This document shows positions 1 to 14,460 of a stretch of DNA of 64,000 bases, piece by piece. The DNA lies in contig OZ365112.1 of the NCBI GenBank assembly GCA_977030845.1, forward strand, positions 24,552,001 to 24,616,000, given 5' to 3'. The stretch comes from Fimbriosthenelais zetlandica (taxonomy: Eukaryota). The notes under the pieces are model-generated. The model did not search any database. It saw only the letters and a program-made list of their open reading frames with translations, and was not told where the DNA came from. A program made the position numbers and the translations under genes. Within the stretch, counting starts at the first letter, position 1; every line of letters starts with the position of its first letter.

Positions 1-1198
1 AGACTAAGTTATTTCTCCCTAACTCTATCTTCCTGAGCTTTAAATGTCTCAGTTTGCGTATTATCATAAGGGATTCATTCACATTGCAAGCTTCTGAAGT
101 AACCTAGCTGGACTAGAAGTCACACTTTGCCAATTGAAGAATAAAAACCCAGCCCTGTTTCAATTTCACTTGAAATGTTTTCATGTGAGACCTTTTTGGG
201 TTTTGAATTTCAAACGGTTCCTCTGCCAGAGTTGCGTTGAAAGAGGTCTCAATTAAATTTGAAAGAATGAGTAAGGGGACACCGCGTGAGACCACGTTTG
301 CTTGGCATGGAAGCCTTAGCACACATGTCGCCATGGAGATAGCAGAGAGAAGAAATCCAGGTACTTAAATTGATGTCCACTTTCAAATACAAATGGAATT
401 TATTATTGATTTGCTCAATCGCTTCATGGGGTGAAAATGTGATACTCCCTGGGGATTCACTGGTGATGTCTTCAGTTCCATGCCAGGTTCTGACGCCCAC
501 ACTCCTACCAAAAGAAACCTGTTAACAGCCTGTAAGGATCTGCCTTGTGTGCCTTTTCTGAATTCTGAATTAGCTTGTAATCACATGTCAAACTACTAAG
601 GTCTAAATATAGCACGTTTACATGTTGTTTAGACTACTTTAAAGAAGTCAGATGTACAATGGACATGGCATAGATGGCATAGATCATTCATGGAATCTAT
701 TCTCATTTACAGTCTAGACAAGAAAATGTCTAGACTGTAAATGTAATAGCGGAGTTTATATCTAAAGAATCCTTTCTACCTTCACTTTTATGAATTATCA
801 TAAAGGCTAACTTTTCAATCCACTTTGAATATAGAATCCTTTCAGTTTCAAGTTTACATCTGTTATTCCTTCTTATATTATGAGTTTTGACATAAATATC
901 CATCCACCAGAGAAATTGATTTGGAAATTATAAATTGATGCTTTGATGCTGTTGTTATGTGCCCCCATACATGGACGTTTTACAACAGAGCTTTCTTATA
1001 CATGGCAATCATCAGGCAAGACCTCTGATCAGAGCAAAACAATGTGCAGGTTTCAATACAATACAGTTGACACAATGTCTGGATGAATTAGATGAATTAT
1101 AAGCATTTGAGACCATATGTCATCTTTGAGCACATGCACATTGCTCTTTACTATTATTATGCCATTGGTTGCATTGTCTCCAAGCAGTACAATCCGAG

Positions 1199-1214
1199 AT
1201 ATATATATATATAT
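1199..1214. repeat. (AT)8 microsatellite
   Basis: Direct reading. Confidence 0.85.
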
Positions 1215-3649
1215 GTCAGTAGTACATGTAATTGCTGATAGCACCCAGGTATTCAGGCTGACATCATGGGTGCCGCCAGATGGCTTATGAAACAATATGA
1301 GGCACCTTAGGTTGCTTCGCTGTAAGACCTGTCATCTTGGTGAATGTTAACAAAAGATTACTTAGTACTCCCGGATGTCTTTTCCACAAGCTATTCCCAT
1401 AGAATCTTATAAGCTCTTTCTATAGTACATATATTGCGTTTCTTCAGAACCATCATGACCATCCATTTCTACGGTTAATCATTTTGTTGAAATGTCAGCC
1501 AGTAAAATCATAGAACTGTAGCTTGCTACAGTTCTATGGTAAAATCAAGTATTATATTTCGGCCAAAGTTCAATTAAGGTAACGGAGTGACTGTGGTGAG
1601 GAGGACAGAGATGTTGGGTGAACTCTTCATGGTGTTCTGTACAGTGGTCTCGGCGTCATCTCAGGGCACCATGTCTCCTGTCATCACATGACAAGTACAG
1701 GTTGACAGCAATCTTCCATAGGGACATTACAATGTCACCATTTCTTGTCCAGACCTTTTCTACCAACACCCAACCCTCCCAGAAGAAACTCTTTCCCCCC
1801 TCCCTCCACCCATCTCAATGACGGAACGAATCTGGAACTGCATAGTGGGCCTGATGTAATCCAGGTCGGGGACATGTGACCTTCTGAACTTGGATGTCAC
1901 GTGACCGGCATAGGCCACGAGACCTGTATGGAGAGATTGTCAGGTGACTGCCATACCTAGCTCGGCTCAGGTGATAAGGCCATTTTCTCTTCATTGTCAT
2001 CTTTGGTCCACGGTGCATTATGTTCTCTACCTCTGCATCAACCTACAGCAATATTCCCTTCCATTAACCATCGTTCCCTTCAATATCATGCTTCCAAACT
2101 GAAAGATTTTAAAGTGATCATAGTACTTCCAAGTTCATTTTATGTCAACCCTGCATACACATCTGTATGCATACTGTGGCGTACGAATATCTGCTGATGA
2201 TTCTTCCCTAAGGGAATTGAATTGAATCTGCTTTGAATTGAATACGAATTGAACTCTCATTATTGTTTTATTTTAGCATAGTTGTCATCTCCATAATGTG
2301 TAAAAGGTGCATAGAATTGAGGCCCTCCATCCAAGACTTCCCCAGTTAAGTGAGTGTTCAAATTAGCATTATGTTGGCCAGCTCACACGTACGTGAGTTC
2401 TTCCCAGGTTGAGACCTGCTCATCTTGTTCAGATGAGCTTTCATTTGCTTTAGACACCTGGACAATTACTGCTATGAAGAGATGAAATATCAGGCGGTCA
2501 CAACTACTCTCGTTCTACTCTCACGTTGTTTAGACAGCCGCGAGAGTCCGCCCCCTCCCTATTACACCTGGTGAGCATACATGGAACTAAACTTGGCTCT
2601 GCGGACTGCTCGGAGGAGCTGGGGACCATTGCTGTTGTAAGAAGGTTGCTTGCTTGGGAAGGGAAAATGAATAGTTGGGAGGGAAAATGAATGGTTTGTG
2701 TTCAAGAGAAAATTCCTTTCTCACCCACAATAATGGAAATAGCTACTTGTTTTTCCTCAGCGTTCAACGCTAAATATATCTGCAGTTTAGATTCAGGTCG
2801 CTGCATAGTATTGAAATGCTGATTATTACTTGGATTTTGGACATGTAATATCTGAATAGTTTTAATTATCTCTCCAAGAATTAATATGATTCAGCTCTAA
2901 ACTGAGACATCGGCAAAGTTGAAGCCTTTGAAGTCGAGGAATCAAAAGTTTTAATAGAATTGCCGAACTGAAGAGGAGAATGTCAAATTTAAACAGGAGA
3001 TCAATAGGGATCTGTTCAAAGTATAACACTTGGTATTCATGTCCAATCCTGTTCATTCTCTTCATTAATTAAAGCTGGCTGGGGATAAAACACAACTGCA
3101 GCAAACAGATGTTTATTAGATCATTTAAGTTGTAATGTCATGATAGCGCCTCAGCATTTACTCCAATTGGTTGCAGCTCATCGACTCATCCTCTTGAATT
3201 AAATGAATGTAAAATTGGAATTGTTGATTGGATGACATTTTCAACACAATTTAAGGTTATCAACTGCATATTGATAAATTATCCAAGGGCATCTCCCATT
3301 CTGTTACGTCGATGAGTTGGTAGGCCTACTAAAAAGTAAGTAGTTCTCATCAAGGGATAAAATGATGTACCTCCTCCCTCATCAAAGATACCTTTTTACC
3401 ATCTCGCTCAACATTATGGATTAAACCAGTTCCCATTGTACGTTGGTTTATGTAGCCAGCACCTTGTCAATGTTGTGCAGTTTTCTTGAATCCATCTTGA
3501 TGCGGTATACTATGCATCTATTATGCATTATTGAATGCCTATGGTATTTACTAACTAAATAGCAATTATAATATAATTAGGCCAACGGCAAAGAACTTTT
3601 TAGTCTCCTCTACAAAAGTGAATGCCCCAACAATCCAACTTCGGAAACT

Positions 3650-3700
3650 CATCCACCCACCCGCCCATCCATCCATTCATCCATTCATCCATCCATCCAT
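3650..3700. repeat. Imperfect (CCAT)n/(CATT)n microsatellite
   Basis: catccacccacccgcccatccatccattcatccattcatccatccatccat. Confidence 0.85.
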
Positions 3701-5269
3701 AGCCCGATGTATCGGCTTATCTTTCTACCTATTTCAGTTATACATTTCCTTACCTTTGTGTCTCTGTCTGGCTGACAATTGATCTATTTTTCTCTCGTGT
3801 CTAGCCATGTTCCTCTTCCAATATAGATCTATGTTATGAATTGTTCTAAGTCAACACTGTTCACCTATCATAGGATACCTTGACCCATATATGTCAACTT
3901 TATGAGCTGTCATAAATTTCCTACTTTTTTCCTCAGGCAAGAAATTGTACTCCAGTCATCAGAGAATCATGTCAATTAACCACGGCAGTGAACAAAAGAA
4001 TTTCTAATTGAAACTGAGTGTTCATATAACTGCCTTAATTCAGTCGGTTCTTGCCAAATGAATTGTTTTCGGAATCTCATCCATACAGGTGTGGCTAAAA
4101 TGTGAGAGACAAGGCTCATACCTATAATCATTATGACAGGCCTGAGATGAAAGAGTACAATTTAAAGTTCATTAAAACACCATAATAAAGGCCCCAGGCA
4201 TTTCATATGAATCAGACCCAATTAACACACAGGTAGGCAGTTCATAGGAAACCCCCTAGGATAAAGTGCTATTTCCCAAATGAAAACATGCAAAGGTTAT
4301 TATTACACCTATGATGCGCTGTTCTGTTCTATTATACTGTTATATGTCAAGACATGGAGCCTTATTAATGGAAATGGTATCATTGTTTAGTTGGAATATA
4401 ACTCATCATCTGATGTGTATTATTATAATCGAGACTGACTGACTACACTTTTTCACTTCCTTTCATTTCGTGTGTGCACAGTTTGCCTTCATTGCCTTTT
4501 ATTTTGCAAATCGGATTAGAAAATATTGATCCCTTACATGACATGTGTCACAAAAAGACACATGTCTGCTTACGAGAATAGCATGGCAGGGACCGGGTCG
4601 CCTTAACCCCCCTGGGTCTATTTTTCTCACTCAGTTTGAAGTGATGCGGATGTGGAAGTGACAGCAATGGCCGGAATCTAATTTAACAAATACATTCAAT
4701 TCAGAGTTTCTCTAAAATAACCCACATGAGAACACAGCTGTCACGACAAAAGCTCACTTCTCCATAAACAAACGGGGAGATGATCCTGACTATGACATTG
4801 TGCCTAGTCAGCAATATTTCTCTACCCTCCCCCCATCTGTTTTCCCTTTTATCTCACACATGCCAGTAACACCCGAATAATCGTTGTACCTAATCATCAT
4901 TCAGCTTTCACACTGCATACATGTACTATGCTTCCTTGCTTTTCTTTTCAATCTTTTTGCTACAACTCCAGTCTTCACTTCTTTTGGACCCATTTCCTGG
5001 CTTTGAATTATCCTTCCCAAGAAGTGACCTTTAAAACGTTTCTCATTATCAAGCAGCCCACACATTTCATTTATGAATGTAATCAATGAAGTGCGTATGC
5101 AATATGGTCAAATTAATATTGATTACCTGCTTTCATTACGCACACTTCAGTCTTACGTGGGCTTGGCGTGGATGAGTATAATAACAATCTTATATCATTC
5201 TGTAAACTGTGACAGGGAAATGGACAGGGAAATAGCCTCCAAATATTATACCTTAAATCCTGATTTCTG

Positions 5270-5505
5270 TTTCTCACCTGTTTCCCTCACCCTTCCCTGT
5301 CTTACTCCCCCGTCATTCTCTTTTTCACTATTTTCTCTTTTATCTCTCTCATTGTCTCTCTTCTTTCTTCTCTGTCTTCCTCTTTCCCTCTCTCCCCTGT
5401 TTCTCATCCCCTCTTCTCTCTTCTATATGTCTCTAGATCTCTCTCACTCTCTCTTTCCCTGTCCCTCCCCTCTCGCTCTCTGTCTCTCTCTGTCTCTCTG
5501 CCTCT
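5270..5505. repeat. Degenerate (CT)n polypyrimidine tract
   Basis: Almost pure C/T run; source of the Leu/Ser/Phe-rich ORF 5073-5519. Confidence 0.9.
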
Positions 5506-5585
5506 GTGCATGGTTGTAAATTGTAATCACCGTTACCCCTGTCCTCAACCTCCATGCCTATAATAAATTCTGTCCCACCCTCTGG

Positions 5586-5675
5586 TCGTTTTTACGCGGC
5601 GCCAGTCGTCGCCCCACGACCCCGCCCACGCTCACTTGGGATCAACTTGGCTCATTGAGGGTTCTGAAGGTAAGC
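5586..5675 (+). promoter_or_regulatory. Mini CpG patch with GC box followed by a splice donor (candidate first exon)
   Basis: 9 CpG in 5587-5630; CCCCGCCC 5620-5627; donor AAG|GTAAGC after 5669. Confidence 0.4.
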
Positions 5676-8600
5676 AGAGCAAGAAAATATTCATCATACC
5701 CGCCCTCCCATCCCCCATCCTCCATCCAAACGCTGATCTCTGCTACTACCAGATGAATGCCAAGGCCGGGCAACCCATCTCTCATTCATTAAGCACATTG
5801 TTCTCAACATTTTTCTGCTGATGTCTCACCACATTTCCGCTTGTAGACATCACGAAATCTGAATTCAGAACATCGGATCCCACTCCTGGCTCTGATGGGG
5901 CATGTCAATTCATTGGATGAAAGGAAAATTCCAAGTGTGTATTATACATTTAATGCAGATTTCCATGCAAAATGAAATTCTATAAATGTTAGATTCTGAT
6001 TTTTCCTTTCGATGTTCAAAATGGCACCTGGATTTACTGGGTATTGATCTTAAGCCAGATAAGCAGTGCTTTATAATGTAAAAACAGACAAATATTTAGT
6101 GTGAATTATGTGCAATCTTTGTTGACGATTGGGGTGGGCTTCTTTAAGCGTCTTAAAATATTACTTCGCTTTCCAATTTCAGTAAAATGTTACACAAGTC
6201 CCACCAGGTGCATAAACCATAGCAGAAGATGCTTTAATCGTGTCATCAGCTTCAAGGATTTGAAAACAAACAGCCGTCTGAAATAACATGATGGTTTTCA
6301 TGCTATTGCTCATAAATGTTAGTCACGTTTCCCTTTCCTCCGGTTAAATCTGGGGCATGCGCAGAGCACACGCCATTACTGTTGTCATGGGTTGGAATAG
6401 AATGGGAGAGATATTACTCCCTCAAATATAATGAATTCTAATGCTTGATAAAATGATCACGTTTGAAGTAAAATGTGTTTTGGATTTAATACAACCATCC
6501 ATTCTCATCTGGCATGGGAAGATAAAGGTTAATTTAATGAAGGTCGTGTCCTTCCTGAAGAAAAACCTCAAACTATTACTCTCACGAAGGCTAATGATGT
6601 AATGTAAATACATGTGTGTGATTTACATTGTCATTCAGCCAATGTTCTGACAGGAGCCTGGCCATATATATAGGCCTTAAAAATAGGAATCTACTGGTTT
6701 AAATGGAATAATCTGAAAAGATATCTCATTAGCCCAGTATAATTAGGCACTACAATATTATCCTATGGGAAATATCGATTAAATCCTGTCCAATCTTTCC
6801 CTCATCTGTCAAAATTCCCCTGCCAACCTCTTCAAATTATGTTCCCTTTCCATCCCCACTGATTTTTGATCAGCTCCACTGAGACTTTGAAATGTATGGA
6901 GATAAAGAGTTTTAAATAAGGACTTCCTGCCCATATCTTTATATTAATGCTATCTTGATATTACATCAGAGGGAGATGGAGAAAGGTCTCTGGAGGTTGG
7001 CAGTTTCAAGGGATGTAATAACCATGTGCAGCGTGTAACAATTTGTCTGCAATGTGTCAATGACGGCGGCAGCGTATTGCACCTCTGAACCAGAGCGTTG
7101 TAAGACGAGATTCTCAAAAATGTATTTGGATCAACTTTAATGGATTGTCAATAAGAAATATAACTGAATGCCTTAACTGTCACTTTCAATCTATTCTATG
7201 TGTATCTTTCCTCTGTAAAGACTTTGTTAATAGTTGTATCCCTCAGGGGATACTGCCCATTTGTCATCTCTTGACATCTAACATGGAAAATGAATGTATT
7301 ACTTTTTGTGGAGGTGCATGCACTGCAGGTTTTTTAACCCCGTCAAAGTCATCTTTCCAACGATGTTGGTTTGGCGCAGTTTGGCCGTTCTGAACTAACA
7401 TTTATGTAGTTTTGATATAACCTTTGACTTTAACAAAGATGATTTCATTGTATTGAAGGCCCTTTGTTAGAGGTGAGTATATTAGCACCATGTAAGTGAT
7501 TTACCTGGTGTAATACATTCAGGCATGTTACATGATATGCATGTAAGCCCTTGTCATCACCTCGCTTCTGTTTAATGAATGACTTGAACTTCAGCGAAGG
7601 GACCCTCCCCACTTTTCTGTCGAAGCTTGTACAGACAATGGTCTAATTACGCATATCATCTTGGTAATTGATTCTAAAGCGTCGTCATTCAGAGCCTGAA
7701 TTGCACGCAATTGTCATGATAGCTGCCATTAATTACCAGCAGAATATTAATGCATCATCAGCAGAGGTGTTCCTCTACCTAATGTCATTTATTCATGAAG
7801 CAAGGAAACTAGAGTTTCTGAATGACAATAGAAAGATATTTCATTCACTGATCATGTCAAATTCCCAGACGTTGAACACATTAGATTTAGGTGAAAAGAC
7901 TAATATCCATTCCTATATTAATCTCTCTCCCAGAACAGTTAAATAGTTATTCTAATCTAGTGAAAGTGCATTATAATATGATGGACATGAAAGGACATCA
8001 TTTTAAATGCTTCAGATCACGTTTATGGCTGATCATTTTGGTCCTTGTTATCCCATGAATCCTGTTCATGTTCAAATGGAATCACGAAGTCTTTGTCAAT
8101 GGCTAATACCATAAAACAAACAAGTTTTAAGCTTATAAACATGTTTATTTGTTCGTGTATATGTCCAAATATATGAGCACCCCTATGGGATAAAATCCTA
8201 GATGTCCTATAGGAGGGTTGAAGCCTTTTATCTTGGTGAATCTCGTGTGAGAAGATGACAAGGATTGACAGGTTGTTTGAGTGATGTATTCCTCAATAAA
8301 CGCCTCCTCATACGATGTCGTAAATCATTACTGTTGCCACCACCGACACGGACTACGGCAGTCTCCTCACTGCTCCTAACTTCATCACAATTGACATGGA
8401 GAGCCGCGGGGACTAGTCACTTCCGGTTTGAATCTAGACCTTTATAAACCTGCTCGTGTCTCACTTTGACCTCTTTCCTGGAACGATAATTCTGAATAAT
8501 TATTGCGCATTTTGGGAGCATAAAGGGTCTTGTGTGTGGTTAGCCTTTGCACGACTATAGGCGAGGCAGGATTTGGCTTTTATAAGCTTGGGGAATACTC

Positions 8601-11600
8601 ACTTGTTTTTTTACCTTGTTAGGTCAATGGTGAAACTCCCTCGACAGCCTGGGTGTTCCTTATCAATGGTGACCTACTTTATATTCTTTGGCAATGTTAC
8701 ATACAATTTTGCCCTCACTCTATGGGAAGTGGATTGGTCATTGATATCAGAAATGCTTGGATTTATAAAAGGAAATTTCAATATTATTCTCTTATCATGA
8801 ACATATTAATTATGTGACAATATGTGGACTCCATCCATGACATCTTCTTACATTTGCCGCTCATGTCGTTCCTTCATTATTCTACCATCACAAACTATTA
8901 GTAAATGACATGTTGGGCCCTTCTCTTTATTCATTGCAAACATTATACCCGTCTATTAATTTGATGTGTCATTTCTGCAAAATGATAATCCACACGTCCA
9001 ATCCATCTTTCCCTCCATCCCATTACAAATACACAATCTCTATAACCGCGACCTCATGCCCTGCACATCATGTATAATCACATTGAACCCAGTTTTCTGC
9101 ATTAACATATCATTCACCAAAAGCTATGGAAAATTTATTCCCGCTACTGAGTGACAATTTCTCTCACATAACTTTCTTTATAGTAACTGGGGAATTCAAT
9201 CACAGAAGAATAGCTGCATTGGTCAAAATTTATATTCAGCCAGGCCTCATATCATCATGCAAAGATTGTCTCTCCCTCTCTGGGTGCATATTACATTATG
9301 GATATGAGGGACCTTGAGGTCAGTTGATACTGGACATGTTTCCGGTGCTATATTGTCAAGGAAACATGACACAAGTTAGGGCATGACGATGGAACAGGTA
9401 GGATGGATGTTCTGTCAACGTGCCACAAGCATCTACCTCCAGCCCAAGGTCCGCCACCCACAGAATCAAAGTCCACTGCCAACTCTGTGAGATATTTATA
9501 TTCTTAGACGAGCCTGCAGTGCCGTTCCACGAACGCAATATTCTTTGATATTAATAATCCAGAATTGGAGTAAGTCTGGGCATTTCGATTACACATGAAG
9601 ATAATGTTAGGGAGTCCATTTTGCAAATAAGGATTGTTAGATTACTAATGATTCTTTTTCCTGGGCCGAAGTATATTAAAGTGGGAGAAAAACAGGGAGT
9701 AATTCTAATTAGATCCAGCCGTCATAATTATGAGATGAAGCCAAGGTCCGACGGTCATTACCATGGGAATGAGTCTCATTCTATTCTCACCTGACAATAG
9801 CATGTACTTCTCCTGGTAATAGCTAACCGGAAGTACTGGCCTCTTCCATTTCCGGTTGATTGTTAAGATCCAGGAGGGAAGGACCTGGGTGTCATGGCCG
9901 TCTGATGAATTCTGATGATTAATTGGCCATTAGACCATCTCACAAACACTCCACATTCACCTACTTCCCAACGGCCAAAGGTCATCCATCAAGGGTTTAT
10001 GGCTCAGCTAGCTATAGTGATATTTCCCAGCAAATCATGCAACTGTCCTGCAAATACAACTTTGTTATTAAGAATACCATAGTTGGCTGCATGTCAGTCA
10101 ATTGAATTTATATCTGCCTTGAGGTTGGTTTTCATTGAGAAGTGTACCGTTCGTTAGTTATGAATTATGGAGGATTGACAGCAAGGCATTGGGGGTCATT
10201 AGCATCTACATACGCTATGAATATTCTATCAAATCACCAGACCTGAAAGGTCATATGCAATTAACAAATCTTATACTTGACCATCATTTGGCTTGGGAGG
10301 AATTTGACTGATAAATGCAGCGCCTGTCACTTTTTGTATTAATCATTGACCAAATATCAATCAATGTCAAATATCTTGTGGCAATCCATCATCGATATTT
10401 GAATACATACATGTATATTTCTTGTCTCCAATTAAGGATAATAAGTCAAATGAAGGTACGGGGTATTAGAATTATTTACAAAAAATGTAGAACCTGGGAA
10501 ATCTTACAGTATTTGACATCAGGAAATGAGCCTGTAAACAAATATTTGTGTGGTATTTCAATTTGGTACTTTGAGACAAAAGGTCACATGTGAGAGTTCA
10601 GTTTGAACTGTCACCGTTCTTCGTTGGCAATAAAACTGTCTGAAATGATTATTGATGGTCTGGCATGACACATGATAAATTGAACCTGTTAAGGCATTTC
10701 GTCCCAAAACAAAGAAAGTATATTAAATATATTGACCCTTTGGCTACATAACACAAATCAGCGTATAGTCTACTTATTCAAGTAGATTCTCAGTTCCCAC
10801 ATGATCATTGGGGACGTATGGGGTACTACATAAATACTCCAAACCCATATGGCCAGGGTCTATGTATGCCTAACATACATTATAATGTAGTGCCCAGATC
10901 GGCAGGAGCTATTGACGAAAAGATAATGCGCTGAGCACAAAGGTCAGCAATAGTTTAAACGACTATTTGGCAGAATATGATGAAAAAGCATAGCTTTGAC
11001 TTGCATTATTTTAGGGCAAAACTCTGATTTCTTATGATTCTGCAAAAAATGGCAATAACAAAAATCAACAAATAAATTGATGACATGCAAGATGGAAATC
11101 ATACAAAACATCATATTGATTTTGTTGGGTGAAGACAGTGAAAAATGGTGTAGAGGGAATTAATCAGATGTGCAGAATAATGGTTCAACAATAGAAAATA
11201 AGTAATGGAAATTTGAGGGCATCATTCGATCATTATAATTATGTAACTGGCTTTTGATTTGGGGACAGAAGATGATAACCAATAGTACGTATGGTAATCA
11301 ATTGTCACAAACAATGAGGACTCTGATCATTTCATTTTTATCCGATGCCCTTTAGCCCCTTTCCGGTTGTTGCAGTCGGCAACATTTCCATCCAATATGT
11401 AGTTTTATTTGACATTTGCAAGAAGCCGCAGTCATGGTTTATGTTAGTGCAATTACTGATATCATTTGATGCTTTGTTTTGTAAACTTGTTCATGGCCAA
11501 CCAAGGATTATTTTTGCAGTTGATGTGGTTATCTGTACATCAAATACAAAATGATTGTGATGACAGTATTTTACATTAATTTTCCTCTATGAATGGGGTT

Positions 11601-14394
11601 TCACCAAATTAATACAGACATCATCCAATATAGGCTATCTGAGTCTTAGTTCAAAAAGGTCAAAAATGGTTGGCTCGGGTGCAGTTCGAAGCAGTTGGCA
11701 CACATGAATATTTGAAAGTATTATCAGAAATTGGAATTGGATTAGACATAGAAGTTTATAAGCAATTTAAATAACACAAGCTGTATACTTTCTCATATGG
11801 CTTCGCTGTCTCTTATGAGATGTTTATAAAAAGAGTTTGAAGTGCAATTAATGATACGACCCAAAGAACAGCTGCGTTTTCCCATTTGCTGCTGTACTTT
11901 TGAGGGATGGACTCAGGTGTGGACTTCTTAGTTGAGATCCAATTCAACATTAAGTGCTAAGCTCTCAATACACGAGTGACACGATGGTAAATCGGGAATA
12001 ACCCTGAAAAACCTCTCCTGAAATAGAAGCTTGTTCCCAAGAGTACTTAAAAGGGGTTTTCTTGTAGCAACGTATACTCCTTAATAAAGCCTTAAAGTAA
12101 AGAATCCCATAGTAACCCTGTGCCTAAAGAAACTCTGAAATCTTTATTTTATTGTTATTTGGATGGTAGGCTTTTGTTCAAGCGACAAGTGCCCTTTTCT
12201 TGATGGATGGATTGATATTTTAACTTGACTGTTTTTTTATTACTCTATTGTGGGATGTTATTGAATGTGGTCCGTCTGAATAAAACCTCTCAGATTGGAA
12301 CTCTCGTGTGTGAGACGCCCACACGAATGAATAGAGAAGCTGGACAAATGGTGAACGGGTCTGCTCTCCATGGCATAGACCAACATGATAAATGTACTAT
12401 AACTTAGACCACAAGTATGAGGTATGGTACAAGGCTAATGGACGACAGTGTAACCACCCTATATCAAGGACATCCTCTCTCTATTTATTGTGTTTTTTTG
12501 TGTTCTGGAAATATCACTAGGTCACTGGATGGGCTCATAGTTGAGGGCTTCATAGAATAAATGGGTATTTACTTGTATTTCTGTGGAGTACCATAATCAC
12601 TCTGATAAATATACGGGAGGCAAAAAACAAAGACAAATACAACTGTTATATAGCTAACCAAAAAGTGTGCGACAAAGGCACTGACTGATGTTTTTCTTGA
12701 CCTTTCCACACTGAACCCCATGATTGTGTACATGCACTTGCATCGCATGACTTGCACTAAACCCTTTGATGAAGCAATGTTGCTAAATCCGGAAATTAGT
12801 TCATTTTAATGGAAATTGAGGATTAAGAGGGGCCATGTCCTGTCAAGGAAAGTTTTCCCGCGATACTTAGTCATTACATTTGACTTGCCTGAGAAGACCA
12901 ATTCTGCAGTTTTCAGAGACTCAAATCGTATTATACATTTGACAGTTACATGTCCTAATTTAAACCGTGTAAACTAGATGTTCTGATTGGGTTAAAAATA
13001 GAGAAGACATCTCAAGTAACACCGTATCACCCCTACCCCAACCACTGCATTGCCTTTCACTTGTCACTTATAGGCTGTTATTACATACAGAAACTTAATG
13101 ATTAACCTGAACCACTTAGCACAACTGCTCGAATGTCTCTCTCGATTGCCCATGTGGAGTATTCACGTAGACCTTTGAATGTTCTTACGCCTTTAAGAAC
13201 TAAGAACTTAATCGATCACCGACAGCCTTAAGTAGTACAAAAAAGCCTGTCCAATCGCGTGACATCCCCCTGATTAGGGATAGGAAAAGGCTGTGGAAGT
13301 TTGCTCAATGAAAAGCTGAGGATATGTCTACATTCATGATACATCAGGAGGCCTTATGCAGGCGTTAAGTTTGCTAAGTGGGCAGCTTAATGGAGCAGAA
13401 TAATCCCTCTCTCCCCTGAGTGGTCGTGCAGAGAGGCAGCTGTCACTAGTTGCATTCTGAAAACCCTAACTTGAGGCGGACCAAAGCATCGCCGTCTCCT
13501 GCTTCAATAATTCGAGAACGCGACGTGAATCTGGAACTGGTTCTGATTGAAACCTTGGGCGTGGGTGTTAATTGGGCATCAAATTCATGTCCCCTGATAA
13601 GCATTAGAACCTTCAGTTCATGATCTTAATCAGTTCTCGCCTGAAATCTCTGTTTTGATGACCTTCATGTTATTCCTGAAAATACCCATGACCTAATAGA
13701 TACTGATCAGGTCATACGGACTTCCCTAGCGAATCCAGGGTTATTTCTGAATACCAATGTCTTCATTTGGGCATGTAGCATTTAATCCTTTTGTGCACAG
13801 TTCTCTTACATGTACTGGTGCAGCCATAGTAAAATCAATATGTCATTTGTGTATCTCATACTATCAAATTAATCAAATGAACCACTCTAGAGGCCCATGA
13901 CCTAAATTCATCACCCAATTAATTTCAGGTACTGGTGCTGTTACTAGAAGCCACTGGTCGTGGGTGGTTTCTTACAGGTGAGAACTGTCAGCTAACCTTA
14001 GTGGCTTCATTTCGGGTGCATTATTGATTTGAAGTTATTATAGGATATTTAAATATATACACCCTCATACTCCCCTCCAAATTCAGGCTAATGGCCTGTT
14101 GATCCACACCGATCCAATTTAAAATTAATCAGTATGGCTCCCCAAAGACGTTGTGTACACAAGCAGGTTGTAATGCACAGTGCATCCTTGTATTTACTGC
14201 ATGCCTTTGCAAATGCCATTGCTCAACATCAGAGAAGCCTTGCAAGAGGTTGCATCTTGTTACACTTTGCCCAGAACCTCATAGCCTGGTCATTGTGTGA
14301 CCTTCTATCATGGTGCCAAGGCCCCAGGTATTTCAAGCCATCAATGGGCCATAGCACCACCCAGCCACTTCAGCAAATAGCCACCCCGTCTCTG

Positions 14395-14460
14395 ATTGGC
14401 CGTCGGTGAAACCCTTCATGAACTTCCGGCAAACGAAGTTCCGGTTGTTGCCATGGGAAC
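14395..14460. promoter_or_regulatory. Promoter-like patch (reverse CCAAT, two ETS cores, X-box)
   Basis: ATTGG 14395; ACTTCCGG 14422-14429; TTCCGG 14439-14444; GTTGCCATGGGAAC 14447-14460. Confidence 0.45.

Noticed and set aside
113-2197. Cluster of 67-83 aa ORFs at the window start as exons of a gene
   Set aside because: No recognisable domain or consistent splice chain; lengths are typical of chance ORFs here.
5073-5519. 148-aa Leu/Ser/Phe-rich ORF resembling a membrane protein
   Set aside because: Translation of the (CT)n tract.
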